53,515 nucleotides of DNA from Patescibacteria group bacterium (lineage in GTDB: Bacteria; Patescibacteriota; Microgenomatia; UBA10105; UBA927): positions 186,254-239,768 of the forward strand of contig JBBTWJ010000003.1 in the NCBI GenBank assembly GCA_038062895.1, written 5' to 3'. The position numbers were made by a program, and so were the translations under genes. Positions 35,374-44,926 of this stretch are shown here, piece after piece. Position 1 is the first letter of the stretch, and each line of letters opens with the position of its first letter. The notes under the pieces are model-generated. The model searched no databases. It was not told the origin of the DNA and saw nothing but the letters and a program-made list of their open reading frames with translations.

Positions 35374-35712
35374 TTAAACCGCTTCTTCTGACACTATTGC
35401 AACGAACCCATCAAAAGTAATCGGTACTGACTCCACAATAATTTTATCCTGATAGTTTGGTGCGGTATCGTCATTTCTTCGAAAAGTATTGTGGTTTCTA
35501 TAGTAAACCCATTTTTTGGTAGCATCCGGTCGGGGCGGCGCAAGATAAATTGCACCCGGAATCATACCCTGACGATCCCGAAAATCATCTACGCGAAGCA
35601 CGGTTGCTTTATGAGTGTCTTTGTTTTCACAAACTATACCAATAGTACCCCCGACCCTCGCTTTTAACTCGTTTAAAGTAGCCATATATTGTTTACGTTG
35701 GAACCATATCAT
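35374..35712 (-). CDS. hypothetical protein
   Basis: 112-aa ORF. No motif recognised. Confidence 0.35.
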   Translation of the reverse strand: MIWFQRKQYMATLNELKARVGGTIGIVCENKDTHKATVLRVDDFRDRQGMIPGAIYLAPPRPDATKKWVYYRNHNTFRRNDDTAPNYQDKIIVESVPITFDGFVAIVSEEAV

Positions 35713-35917
35713 AACGTCGACATGGCTTCAATACGCTACAATGTAACCATTCAGAAATTGACAAAGCTACTACAGAGAGAATCATTGAGGGCAGAGGTGC
35801 ACATCGACCCGACAGGTTGAATAGATTTAAGGAGTAGGTCAGATAATGGCTGACGCGTTGACAAAACCTCTTCAAACTCCTACACTAATGTAAAGTCCGC
35901 TTGACATTTATAATTGC

Positions 35918-36130
35918 ATGCGAGAACATGTAGTAAATTGTGTTTGGCAACTCCGAAAAGATATAGGTGTTACCCAGGAAGTGCTGGCAGATGCTTTGGG
36001 AGTTTCCAGGCAAACTATCATAGCCATAGAAAAGGGGAACTATATCCCTTCGTTGTTGCTTGGATTAAAAATTGCAAGATTCTTTAAGAAACCTATAGAA
36101 AAAATTTTTAGCTATATATATGAAAAATAA
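35918..36130 (+). CDS. short XRE-family HTH transcriptional regulator
   Basis: LRKDIGVTQEVLADALGVSRQTIIAIEKGNY.PSL.L..KIA..F. Confidence 0.8.
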   Translation: MREHVVNCVWQLRKDIGVTQEVLADALGVSRQTIIAIEKGNYIPSLLLGLKIARFFKKPIEKIFSYIYEK

Positions 36131-36485
36131 CCTTGTTGGAGAAATAGGTATCTCTATTGCGCTCATCGGACTGCTTGTCTTTTTTATTAATCCCCTAGAC
36201 CTTCTCATGCCTCAACCCTTACATCCGTTTATGGTTCCTTTCCTGGTTGTCCTATTTATTATTTTTGCCGGACTGTTGTGGAAGGAAGCACCTGGAGATG
36301 AACGAGAACAGTTTCATAAATTCATTGCCTCACGTTTTGCTTATTTTGCTGTTATAGCAACACTTATCTTCGGTGTTGTTTTCCAAAGCTTCAAAGGTGA
36401 AATTGACCCTTGGCTCATCATTGCTGTTTGTATTGCACTTTTAGCAAAGATATTTGGACTTATTTATGGACATATTAAACATTGA
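36120..36485 (+). CDS. small membrane protein co-encoded with the XRE regulator
   Basis: 121 aa, ~4 hydrophobic helices. Overlaps the XRE gene end. Confidence 0.55.
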   Translation: MKNNLVGEIGISIALIGLLVFFINPLDLLMPQPLHPFMVPFLVVLFIIFAGLLWKEAPGDEREQFHKFIASRFAYFAVIATLIFGVVFQSFKGEIDPWLIIAVCIALLAKIFGLIYGHIKH

Positions 36486-36491
36486 AAGGGG

Positions 36492-37061
36492 GTGAAAAAT
36501 ATGAAAAAAGAAATCATCATTGCCGGTATTGTTGTTTTGGTTCTTATTGGGGGAGGTTGGTATATTGCCAACCAACAGTCTCAACAAGCCCAACAAGTAA
36601 AAATGGCACAGGAAAAAGCTGCTATGAAAGCCAAAGAAGATGCGGCAATGGAAGAAAAAAAGGACAAAGAAGCGATGGAAAAGAAAAACGCCGTGATGGA
36701 GAAAACGAATGACGGTAAGATAATGGATAAAAACGCAAGTTCTCGCTATGTCCCGTATTCAAAAGCTATGTACGACGCAGCTTCGAGTAAACGACGAGTC
36801 TTATACTTTTACGCAACGTGGTGCCCATCATGTAAAATAGCGAACTCAGACTTTACCGCAAACCCAAGTAAAATACCTGAAGATGTAATCGTCTTGAGGG
36901 TGAATTACAATGATCCGGATACGGATCAGGATGAGAAGGGTCTTGCCAAAAAATATGGCATCACCTACCAACATACCTTTGTCCAAGTGGATAATACAGA
37001 TAAGGAAATGAGCAAGTGGAATGGTGGACAAACAGATGAACTTTTAACAAACGCTAAGTAG
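36492..37061 (+). CDS. membrane-anchored thioredoxin-like protein
   Basis: N-terminal TM helix, K/E/M-rich linker, FYATWCPSCK (WCxxC). Confidence 0.78.
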   Translation: MKNMKKEIIIAGIVVLVLIGGGWYIANQQSQQAQQVKMAQEKAAMKAKEDAAMEEKKDKEAMEKKNAVMEKTNDGKIMDKNASSRYVPYSKAMYDAASSKRRVLYFYATWCPSCKIANSDFTANPSKIPEDVIVLRVNYNDPDTDQDEKGLAKKYGITYQHTFVQVDNTDKEMSKWNGGQTDELLTNAK

Positions 37062-37131
37062 CTTGCGGTGCTAGTTTTTGTCCTTCATCAACGTACGGAA
37101 AAAACTAGTATCAGAGGTTAGTTAGCATTAT

Positions 37132-38913
37132 ATGATATTACTGGTCGCATTTTCGTTTTTTGGCGGTATCGTCACGATCCTTTCTCCGTGTATTTTGCCT
37201 ATCCTACCTATCGTGCTGTCCGGCTCGATAACCGGAGGAAAACATCGGCCGTGGGGGGTCATAATGGGATTCATCGCGAGTTTTACCTTTTTCACACTAT
37301 TCCTTTCGGTAATTGTAAAAGCGACAAACATCTCAGCCGATTTGCTCCGGACTTTTTCTATAGTCATCATCGCAGGATTTGGTCTATCCCTCATCATTCC
37401 ATCGTTACGGGTGATGACGGAAAACTTATTTTCCAAACTAAGCCAAAAACTGGATTCCCGCCTTCGCGGGAATGACAAACATGGGGGCGGGAACGACAAT
37501 TTTTCTACCCGCTCTGATTTTGCTGCCGGACTTCTCGTTGGTTTGAGCTTGGGACTCCTCTGGACACCATGCGTCGGACCGATCCTTGCTTCGATCATTA
37601 CTCTTGCCGCAGCAAGCAAAGTCACCACGGATGCAGTATTCATCACTCTTGCGTATGCAGCAGGCACTGCTCTTCCACTTCTGGCAATAACATATGGCGG
37701 GCGAAGTCTCCTGACTAAAAACCCGTGGCTTGTGGCCAATACCAACCGTATTCAAAAAGGATTTGGGGTCCTGATGATACTTACCGCCATAGCTATTTAC
37801 TTCCAGGTAGATCGCACGTTCCAATCATATATACTGAATACATTCCCCTCTTATGGTGTGGGCTTAACAAAATTCGAGGATAACACAACGATAAAAAATG
37901 CATTACAACAGTTACAAAATCCGTCAGTAAGAAAAGAACCATCTATGGTAAATAAATTTTTGGAATCAGACCTGGGAAATGCACCAGAACTCATCCTCGG
38001 TGGGGTATGGTTTAATGTACCTTCCGGTCAACAATCTCTGAGTATCAAAAGTCTTCGAGGACAAGTAGTGCTCATCGACTTTTGGACGTATACGTGCATC
38101 AATTGTATTCGAACACTTCCCTACCTCAAATCGTGGCATGACAAGTATAAAGACAAAGGACTGACTATCATCGGCATTCACACGCCCGAGTTTGAATTTG
38201 AAAAAAATCCGGATAACGTGTCACGCGCAATCCGCGACTTTGGTATCACCTATCCGGTGATGCAGGACAATGATTTTGCCACTTGGAACGCATATGCAAA
38301 TCACTATTGGCCGGCCAAATACTTGGTCGATAAAAACGGAAAAATCCGCTATACACACTTCGGTGAAGGAGACTATGACGAGACGGAGACAAAAATTCAG
38401 GAACTGTTAAAAGAGTCCGGCACACTCACCCAGGAAATGCCGGTGGACAATCCGACGTACCAAATCCAGGCCCGGACACCGGAAACGTACTTAGGCAACT
38501 GGCGGATAGCCAACATCGCATCGCCTGAACGCATACGACAAGACGTGCTGACCAGCTACTCCATTCCCGGAAATCTCTCTGGAAATTCTTTCGCATTCGG
38601 TGGCGCATGGACCGTGGGGTATGAGTACGCCCGGCCAACGACTGGCGGAAAACTCTCTTTCCGCTTCGATGCAAAAGACGTCTTTCTCGTCATGCGACCC
38701 ACAACACAAGGGGTAACGGGCAGTTTCCGCGTGCTTCTGGACGGAAAATCCGTAAGCGTCGATATTGCCGGTGAAGACGTACGAGATGGAGTCGTGCATG
38801 TCGATCGCGACCGGCTCTATACACTTATCAAACTTACCAGTGGGGGCGAGCACACGTTGGAACTGCAATTTCTCGACGGCAATAATGAACTGTACGCATT
38901 TACGTTTGGTTGA
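37132..38913 (+). CDS. DipZ-like fusion: CcdA-type membrane domain + TlpA/redoxin-like thioredoxin domain (CINC) + C-terminal beta-rich domain
   Basis: LSPCILPILP and WTPCVGPIL CcdA motifs. FWTYTCINCIRTLPYL. The architecture matches mycobacterial DipZ as recalled. Confidence 0.8.
   Translation: MILLVAFSFFGGIVTILSPCILPILPIVLSGSITGGKHRPWGVIMGFIASFTFFTLFLSVIVKATNISADLLRTFSIVIIAGFGLSLIIPSLRVMTENLFSKLSQKLDSRLRGNDKHGGGNDNFSTRSDFAAGLLVGLSLGLLWTPCVGPILASIITLAAASKVTTDAVFITLAYAAGTALPLLAITYGGRSLLTKNPWLVANTNRIQKGFGVLMILTAIAIYFQVDRTFQSYILNTFPSYGVGLTKFEDNTTIKNALQQLQNPSVRKEPSMVNKFLESDLGNAPELILGGVWFNVPSGQQSLSIKSLRGQVVLIDFWTYTCINCIRTLPYLKSWHDKYKDKGLTIIGIHTPEFEFEKNPDNVSRAIRDFGITYPVMQDNDFATWNAYANHYWPAKYLVDKNGKIRYTHFGEGDYDETETKIQELLKESGTLTQEMPVDNPTYQIQARTPETYLGNWRIANIASPERIRQDVLTSYSIPGNLSGNSFAFGGAWTVGYEYARPTTGGKLSFRFDAKDVFLVMRPTTQGVTGSFRVLLDGKSVSVDIAGEDVRDGVVHVDRDRLYTLIKLTSGGEHTLELQFLDGNNELYAFTFG
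37450..37476. repeat. REP-like palindrome (family R) inserted in-frame inside the DipZ-like CDS
   Basis: CTGGATTCCCGCCTTCGCGGGAATGAC is translated as LDSRLRGND within a loop of the CcdA domain. Confidence 0.8.
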
Positions 38914-38971
38914 TCAATTCAAGAATAATCAAGACTTGTAACGCATAGTATCGACCATATACTATATACTC

Positions 38972-39454
38972 ATGAATATCCTCCTCATCTATGCCACCAA
39001 CTCCGGTAGTACTGCGGAGGCCGCCAATATCATCGCAGATGTCTTGACCGGAAAAGGGCATGCAGTATCGGTCAAAAACGCAACAACCGTGACGCCTGAA
39101 GACGTGCTGGCTGCGCCATTTTTCATCCTGGGATCTCCAAGTTGGAATCATGACGATCTCGAGGGACAGCCACTTCCGGAGATGGAAGAGTTCATCGCGC
39201 GCTGCAAAGACATCAAACTCAATGGGAAACCCTGTGCAGTATTTGGATTAGGTGATAGTTCCTACACCTACTTTTGCGGTGCAGTCACCTACCTTGAGGC
39301 GTTTATCAAACGTGCCAAAGGCACACTCATTGTTCCGTCCCTCAAGGTGGACGGATTTTATATGAAGCCGGGCGCAAGTGAGAATATCACAAAATGGGCA
39401 AAGGAGGTAGCGGAGAAGATGGATCCCCGCCTTCGCGGGGATGACAACCTATAG
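38972..39454 (+). CDS. short-chain flavodoxin
   Basis: ILLIYATNSGSTAEAA FMN-phosphate loop. 160 aa. Confidence 0.8.
   Translation: MNILLIYATNSGSTAEAANIIADVLTGKGHAVSVKNATTVTPEDVLAAPFFILGSPSWNHDDLEGQPLPEMEEFIARCKDIKLNGKPCAVFGLGDSSYTYFCGAVTYLEAFIKRAKGTLIVPSLKVDGFYMKPGASENITKWAKEVAEKMDPRLRGDDNL
39420..39445. repeat. REP-like palindrome (family R) forming the 3' end of the flavodoxin CDS
   Basis: TGGATCCCCGCCTTCGCGGGGATGAC encodes the terminal MDPRLRGDDNL*. Confidence 0.75.
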
Positions 39455-40051
39455 CTCCAAACTTTTCCAGAGAATTCTTGCGGCGTAGGTACGGTAGGGC
39501 TTCCACTTATTGACGATCTTTTCCATTTGCTTGATTGTGGGATCCTTTTTAAACCCGTATAATTTTTTCATCGCATTCTTGAGTCCCAAGTCGCCATAAG
39601 AAAATACGTCTTCTCTTCCTAGCGTAAACATGAGGAACATCTCCGCGGTCCAGGGACCGATGCCTTTGACTTTTATCAGCTCTCCCACAACCTCTTGATC
39701 AGATAATTGAGCGAGCGTATCTAATTGGACGGATCTATCCAGCACTTTTTGCGCAAGATCACGGATAAACCGCGTCTTGGACCAACTCATACCCGTCGCA
39801 CGAAGCTCTTCCTCTGACTTTTGGAGAACGGTACGAGGCGTGACATTCTTATTGGAAAAAAGTTTATAAAACCGTGCAGTCAACACATCAGCAACCTTGC
39901 CGGACAACTGTTGACCAATAATATTTTCACAAAGATGAACAAAATATTCACCTGGTGTCCGTACTTCGGGATCCTCGACCACGATGATTTGGGAAACTGA
40001 AAAAAGAATAGGGTCAACCGATTGGAAATGGTGATTCACGGTCTTGTTCAT
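39449..40051 (-). CDS. DNA-3-methyladenine glycosylase II-like (HhH-GPD superfamily)
   Basis: KGIGPWTAEMFLMF HhH motif followed by ..GDLGL (catalytic Asp region). Confidence 0.8.
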   Translation of the reverse strand: MNKTVNHHFQSVDPILFSVSQIIVVEDPEVRTPGEYFVHLCENIIGQQLSGKVADVLTARFYKLFSNKNVTPRTVLQKSEEELRATGMSWSKTRFIRDLAQKVLDRSVQLDTLAQLSDQEVVGELIKVKGIGPWTAEMFLMFTLGREDVFSYGDLGLKNAMKKLYGFKKDPTIKQMEKIVNKWKPYRTYAARILWKSLEL

Positions 40052-40080
40052 AATCCTATGGTCTGTATTATAATCGAACC

Positions 40081-40278
40081 ATGTCAGATGTTGAGTATCC
40101 AGGTAGGATGTTTACCGAGCGGTTAACGGACACAGTACCGTATGGCAAATATTGTTTGATTGGAAAAAAAATAATCAAGGATCCTGGTCCCGCATCGGAG
40201 CAAATGGCTCAACACGTTTTAGAATGTGCACAGTGCAGTACTGCACTTGAGGGAGAAACTCCTTTAATCCCAAATTAA
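40081..40278 (+). CDS. small hypothetical ORF (contains HVLECAQC)
   Basis: ORF track only. No SD recognised. Confidence 0.25.
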   Translation: MSDVEYPGRMFTERLTDTVPYGKYCLIGKKIIKDPGPASEQMAQHVLECAQCSTALEGETPLIPN

Positions 40279-40282
40279 TCTC

Positions 40283-40759
40283 TTACCATTTAAAGTGAGC
40301 AAACGCACGATTGGCCTCTGCGCTGCGGTGGATGGTATCGCGCTTTTTGATAGCTTCCCCTACGCCTTGGGCCGCATCCAGAAGCTCAACGGCAAGTTTC
40401 TCGGCAAAGGTATGAAATTCTTTATTCGATCGTTTTTGCGCAAAGGCGACCAGCCAACGAAGCGCGAGAGACACCCGACGGTCTCCCCGTACTTCCGTAG
40501 GCACCTGATAGGAAGCTCCTCCCACACGACGGGCACGAACTTCCATCTTGGGTCCTATGTTATTGATCGCCGTCTCAAACACTTTAATCGGATCTTCTTC
40601 CCCTTTTTCCTTGAGAATTTCAAGTGCGCGATACACCTGCGCCTCTGCGGTACGCTTTTTCCCACGCACCATCACGCGGTTGACGAGTCGTGTCAAAAGC
40701 CGATTCCCATAAATGGGATCAGCGGCAAGAAGTTTTTTGGTTACGCGTTTTCCTCTCAT
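40283..40759 (-). CDS. rpsG: 30S ribosomal protein S7
   Basis: S7 pattern ..DP.Y.....L.N..M..GKK..A..I...A, C-terminal ..R..AH.RW. Confidence 0.95.
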   Translation of the reverse strand: MRGKRVTKKLLAADPIYGNRLLTRLVNRVMVRGKKRTAEAQVYRALEILKEKGEEDPIKVFETAINNIGPKMEVRARRVGGASYQVPTEVRGDRRVSLALRWLVAFAQKRSNKEFHTFAEKLAVELLDAAQGVGEAIKKRDTIHRSAEANRAFAHFKW

Positions 40760-40763
40760 AGTA

Positions 40764-41201
40764 TTAATTTGCCTTGGCTGCTGCCGGGCCAGATGCCCCT
40801 GCTTTCGTGCCGTAGCGGCTCCGACCTTGTTTGCGGCCGACGACCCCCGTCATATCAAATTTACCGCGGACGATATGATATTTGACACCAGGTAAATCCG
40901 GTACTCTGCCGCCGCGGATAAGCACGATGGCGTGCTCCGTAAGTTCGTGACCGATGCCCCCGATGTAGGCGGTGACTTCCTGTTTATTCGATAGCCGCAC
41001 ACGCGCAACTTTACGAAGCGCCGAATTTGGCTTTTTCGGCGTCATGGTTTTGACCAATGTCACCACGCCGCGTTTAAACGGAGCGTGAAGCTGCTTAATG
41101 ACGCGGTCTTTCGCGTTAAAAAATTTACGAAGCGCCGTAGCTTTAACCTTTTTGGATTTTCGACGCCGGCCATATTTAATAAGTTGATTAATCGTTGGCA
41201 T
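40764..41201 (-). CDS. rpsL: 30S ribosomal protein S12
   Basis: MPTINQLI start (ATG 41201-41199, 1 nt after the rpoC stop). [34 protein letters not shown]. Confidence 0.95.
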   Translation of the reverse strand: MPTINQLIKYGRRRKSKKVKATALRKFFNAKDRVIKQLHAPFKRGVVTLVKTMTPKKPNSALRKVARVRLSNKQEVTAYIGGIGHELTEHAIVLIRGGRVPDLPGVKYHIVRGKFDMTGVVGRKQGRSRYGTKAGASGPAAAKAN

Positions 41202-41202
41202 A

Positions 41203-44200
41203 TTACGTGATTTGTGCTCGCTCGGAATCCACCGGAATGAGTCTGCCGATGATAACATTTTCCTTAAGCCCCAGCAATTTATCTTCTTTGCCGGCCAAGG
41301 CTGCATCCGTCAAAACATTGGTTGTCTCTTGGAAGGAAGCCGCGGAAAGCCAACTTTCGGTAAAGAGCGACGCGCGGGTAATACCCAGGATGACCACCTG
41401 CGCGGTCGCCGGCTCGCCGCCTTCGGCTAACACCCGTGCGTTTTCATCCTGAAAGCGCATGCGGTCGACGAGTTCTCCCGGAAGCAAACTCGTGTCTCCG
41501 GCGCTATCCACCCGTACTTTATCACTGATCTTGCGCACGATCACTTCAAAGTGTTTATCAGCGATCCCGATACCTTGGGATTCATAGACCCTCTGGATCT
41601 CGATGATAAGATATTTTTGTGCACCGCGAAGTCCTCGTACCTGAAGTACTTCTTTGACATCCAAGCTTCCGCCGGAAAGCTGATCCCCTGCCGCGACCAG
41701 ATCGCCTTCTTTGACCTTAAGCTCTGCGGTGAGCGGAATCAAATACTCGCGCTCTTCCACGGGCTTCATGGCTGCATTGCGTACCTGTACTTTGTATCCG
41801 GATTCAGTTTCCGTGACCTGTACTTTACCGGCAATCTCCGTGATCGGAGAAAGCGCACGGGGGGTACGAATTTCAAAAAGTTCTTCCACCCGTGGTAAGC
41901 CTTGGGTAACGTCAAGCCCAACGATACCGCCGGCATGCCTGACCCGCATGGTCAACTGTGTGCCCGGCTCGCCGATGGATTGAGCGGCGATGACACCAAC
42001 CGGCGTACCAATCTCAACTTGTGCACTCGTCGCATAATCTTTACCGTAACACGTCTGACACAAGCCAACCGCAGCCTGACAGGAGATAGGAGAGCGAATC
42101 AATACGGACTCCACTTCATGCTCGTCAAGGAGCTTCACATGGGTTTCATCAATCTCTACACCACGCTTGATAAGAACTTTTTTGCCGCCCGGTACCACCA
42201 CATCAACAGCCGGAATTCGTCCCAAAAGCCGTGCGCCAAACGTGGCTTGCCGGTCTTCATGGCGGGATACCTCCCACCCTTCCTGGGTATCACAATCAAC
42301 GACACGGATAATCGCATCATGGGATACATCCACGAGCCGACGTGTGAGATACCCGGCATCCGCGGTCTTGAGCGCTGAATCCGTTAAACCTTTGCGCGAT
42401 CCGCGGGTAGAGGTGACGTATTCAAAGATAGAAAGACCCTGCCGATAGTTGCTTTTTGTCGGAAGCTCAACGATCTTCCCTAACGGATCGACCACGAGTC
42501 CCTTGATAGCAGAAAGCTGCTTGAGGTAATCTTTGGAAGCGCGGGCACTTCCGGATTCGATGATCATCTTCATGGGATTATCCGCAGGAAGTGCGTCCCA
42601 CGTAAGATCAGCGAGCCGCTCGGTAACCTCGATCCAGACTTCATTGGCCAACCGTTTCTTTTCTTCAAGCGTGATAAGACCCTGTTGGTAATTGGTGTCT
42701 ATCTCGGCTACTTTGCCTTCTGCTTCTTTGACCAACGTATCTTTTTCGGGAACAACGATACCGTCAAAAACGGATACCGAAAGTCCGCCGCACTGCGTGG
42801 CGCCCCAGAACCCGAGATTTTTGATCGCGTCAATGATGCCGACCACTTCTTCTTTAGAATAGTGGACAAGCGCCTGGGTAATAAGCTTTTTGACGGTCAC
42901 CGCTTTAATGGGGGTGTTTATAAATCGGAGCTCTTTAGGCAACACCTCATTAAAAAGTATTTTCCCCACAGTGGTAACGAGCTCGTTGCCGTCAATGGTC
43001 ACCCGGATAGGAACACGAATCCCCAGCGTCCCGGTTTGCTGCGCATACATCGCCTCACCGGCGTCCGCATACCGTGCCAATTCATCTTCTTTTTTACCAT
43101 CATAGTCGCTGTCTACTGTGGTGATATAGAAACAACCTAACACCATTTCTTTGTTCGGGACCGTGATGGGAGAACCATCCGCCGGCTTGAGCAGATTATG
43201 CGTGGGCAACATGAGATGAATCGCTTCATCCTGACTTTGCTTAGAAAGCGGGATGTGCACCGCCATTTGGTCACCGTCAAAATCTGCATTGTATCCTGCA
43301 CATACACAGGGATGAATCCGGATCGCTGACCCTTCGATAAGGATGGGGAAAAATGCCTGAATACCTAGTTTGTGCAGCGTCGGCGCGCGATTGAGTAACA
43401 CCGGATGATTTTTCGTAATCTCCTCAAGAATGTCAAACACTTCGGGAGTACGGCGCTCCAGAACAGTCTTGGCATTTTTGACGTTCGGGGCAATCCCCCG
43501 GACGATAAGCTCACGAAGGACAAAAGGCTTAAACATTTCCAAAGCCATTTCTTTCGGAATACCACACTGGGTGAGGTTCAGTTCCGGCCCAACGACGATG
43601 ACGGACCGACCGGAATAATCAACGCGTTTACCAAGTAAATTCTGACGGAACCGGCCTTGCTTTCCCCGAAGCATATCCGAAAGAGAGCGGAGCGGCTGGA
43701 TGACTGCACGGGAACTCGGACGCTGGGTCGCATCAATCAAGCTGTCTACCGCTTCCTGAAGCATGCGCTTTTCATTGCGCAATATGATCTCGGGAGCCCC
43801 TAAATCCATGAGATGTTTCAACCGATTGTTGCGGTTGATAACGCGCCGATACAAGTCATTTAAATCGCTTGTGGCAAACCTACCCCCGGTCAGCTGCACC
43901 ATCGGGCGCAAATCAGGAGGGATAACCGGCAAAATCTTTAAGACCATCCAGGCAGGATCAAGACCTGCTTTGCGGATGCCGTCAATGACACGCAGCCGCT
44001 TCGTGGCTTTGATATGGCGTTGTCCGGTCGTCTTGGCAATTTCTTCCCGAAGGTCGGCGGCTAATTTATCCAGATCTAACTTTTTGACGACAGAAAGGAC
44101 CGCTTCTGCACCCATGTCTACCGAGAAACATGAAGCTGCATCATATTCAAGAAGACGGAGATATTCATCTTCCGTGAGCGTCGTTAACGGCTTGATCGTT

Positions 44201-44922
44201 TTGACGATGCTGACCAGGGAGTCGATGATTTCATTGATTTTTCCGGCTTCCTCATCCCGTTTATCCTCAAGTCCCGCAAGTTCCTGACGCTCTTTGAGGG
44301 CAATTTCAGAGAGAGCAAGATCCATAGCTTCACGGGCGAGAGAGCGTCCCCGCACGCCTTCGCGGTCTACCGTAAATTGACTCTTTCTCTTGTCTACTTC
44401 CTGTTTATAGAGCCCTTCAGCCTCATCGACACGTTTGGCTCCTGCCTCGGCGAGACTCTTCATAACGTCTTTTTTCTTTTGATCATCTACATCGGTCACT
44501 AAATATTGAGCAAAATAGATGACGCCTTCTAGCGCTCTCGGGCTAATATCAAGAAGGAGAGAAAGTTTAGACGGCGCGCCTTTGAAAAACCACACATGTG
44601 CTATAGGAACCGCCAAAGAGATGTGCCCCATGCGCTCACGGCGGACTTTACTCTGGGTGACTTCAACGCCACACTTATCGCAGACAATTCCGCGGTAACG
44701 AATCCTTTTATACTTACCGCAGTAACACTCCCAATCTTTCGTCGGTCCGAATATGCGCTCATCAAAAAGTCCATCTTTTTCCGGTTTGAGCGTCCGGTAG
44801 TTGATCGTTTCCGGCTTGATGACTTCACCATACGACCAGGCTTTAATATCCTCTGAAGAAGCTAACGTCACTTTGAGCCCAGAAAAATCTACGATATTTG
44901 AAAACATTCCTTTTTTATCCAT
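41203..44922 (-). CDS. rpoC: DNA-directed RNA polymerase subunit beta'
   Basis: [12 protein letters not shown] catalytic motif. Start placed at MDKKG (44922), preceded by AAGGAGG, 4 nt after the rpoB stop. The ORF track extends to 44988. Confidence 0.97.
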   Translation of the reverse strand: MDKKGMFSNIVDFSGLKVTLASSEDIKAWSYGEVIKPETINYRTLKPEKDGLFDERIFGPTKDWECYCGKYKRIRYRGIVCDKCGVEVTQSKVRRERMGHISLAVPIAHVWFFKGAPSKLSLLLDISPRALEGVIYFAQYLVTDVDDQKKKDVMKSLAEAGAKRVDEAEGLYKQEVDKRKSQFTVDREGVRGRSLAREAMDLALSEIALKERQELAGLEDKRDEEAGKINEIIDSLVSIVKTIKPLTTLTEDEYLRLLEYDAASCFSVDMGAEAVLSVVKKLDLDKLAADLREEIAKTTGQRHIKATKRLRVIDGIRKAGLDPAWMVLKILPVIPPDLRPMVQLTGGRFATSDLNDLYRRVINRNNRLKHLMDLGAPEIILRNEKRMLQEAVDSLIDATQRPSSRAVIQPLRSLSDMLRGKQGRFRQNLLGKRVDYSGRSVIVVGPELNLTQCGIPKEMALEMFKPFVLRELIVRGIAPNVKNAKTVLERRTPEVFDILEEITKNHPVLLNRAPTLHKLGIQAFFPILIEGSAIRIHPCVCAGYNADFDGDQMAVHIPLSKQSQDEAIHLMLPTHNLLKPADGSPITVPNKEMVLGCFYITTVDSDYDGKKEDELARYADAGEAMYAQQTGTLGIRVPIRVTIDGNELVTTVGKILFNEVLPKELRFINTPIKAVTVKKLITQALVHYSKEEVVGIIDAIKNLGFWGATQCGGLSVSVFDGIVVPEKDTLVKEAEGKVAEIDTNYQQGLITLEEKKRLANEVWIEVTERLADLTWDALPADNPMKMIIESGSARASKDYLKQLSAIKGLVVDPLGKIVELPTKSNYRQGLSIFEYVTSTRGSRKGLTDSALKTADAGYLTRRLVDVSHDAIIRVVDCDTQEGWEVSRHEDRQATFGARLLGRIPAVDVVVPGGKKVLIKRGVEIDETHVKLLDEHEVESVLIRSPISCQAAVGLCQTCYGKDYATSAQVEIGTPVGVIAAQSIGEPGTQLTMRVRHAGGIVGLDVTQGLPRVEELFEIRTPRALSPITEIAGKVQVTETESGYKVQVRNAAMKPVEEREYLIPLTAELKVKEGDLVAAGDQLSGGSLDVKEVLQVRGLRGAQKYLIIEIQRVYESQGIGIADKHFEVIVRKISDKVRVDSAGDTSLLPGELVDRMRFQDENARVLAEGGEPATAQVVILGITRASLFTESWLSAASFQETTNVLTDAALAGKEDKLLGLKENVIIGRLIPVDSERAQIT

Positions 44923-44926
44923 AGTG

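Noticed and set aside
37128-37745. 205-aa minus-strand ORF antisense to the DipZ-like gene
   Set aside because: The plus-strand frame carries clear CcdA motifs. The antisense ORF contains the FPRRRESS translation of the REP-like palindrome, a typical spurious product.
40081-40278. 65-aa ORF with HVLECAQC resembling the HxxxCxxC zinc motif of ZAS anti-sigma factors
   Set aside because: The motif is short and lies at the C-terminal end of a tiny ORF with no adjacent sigma factor. It is kept only as a low-confidence CDS.
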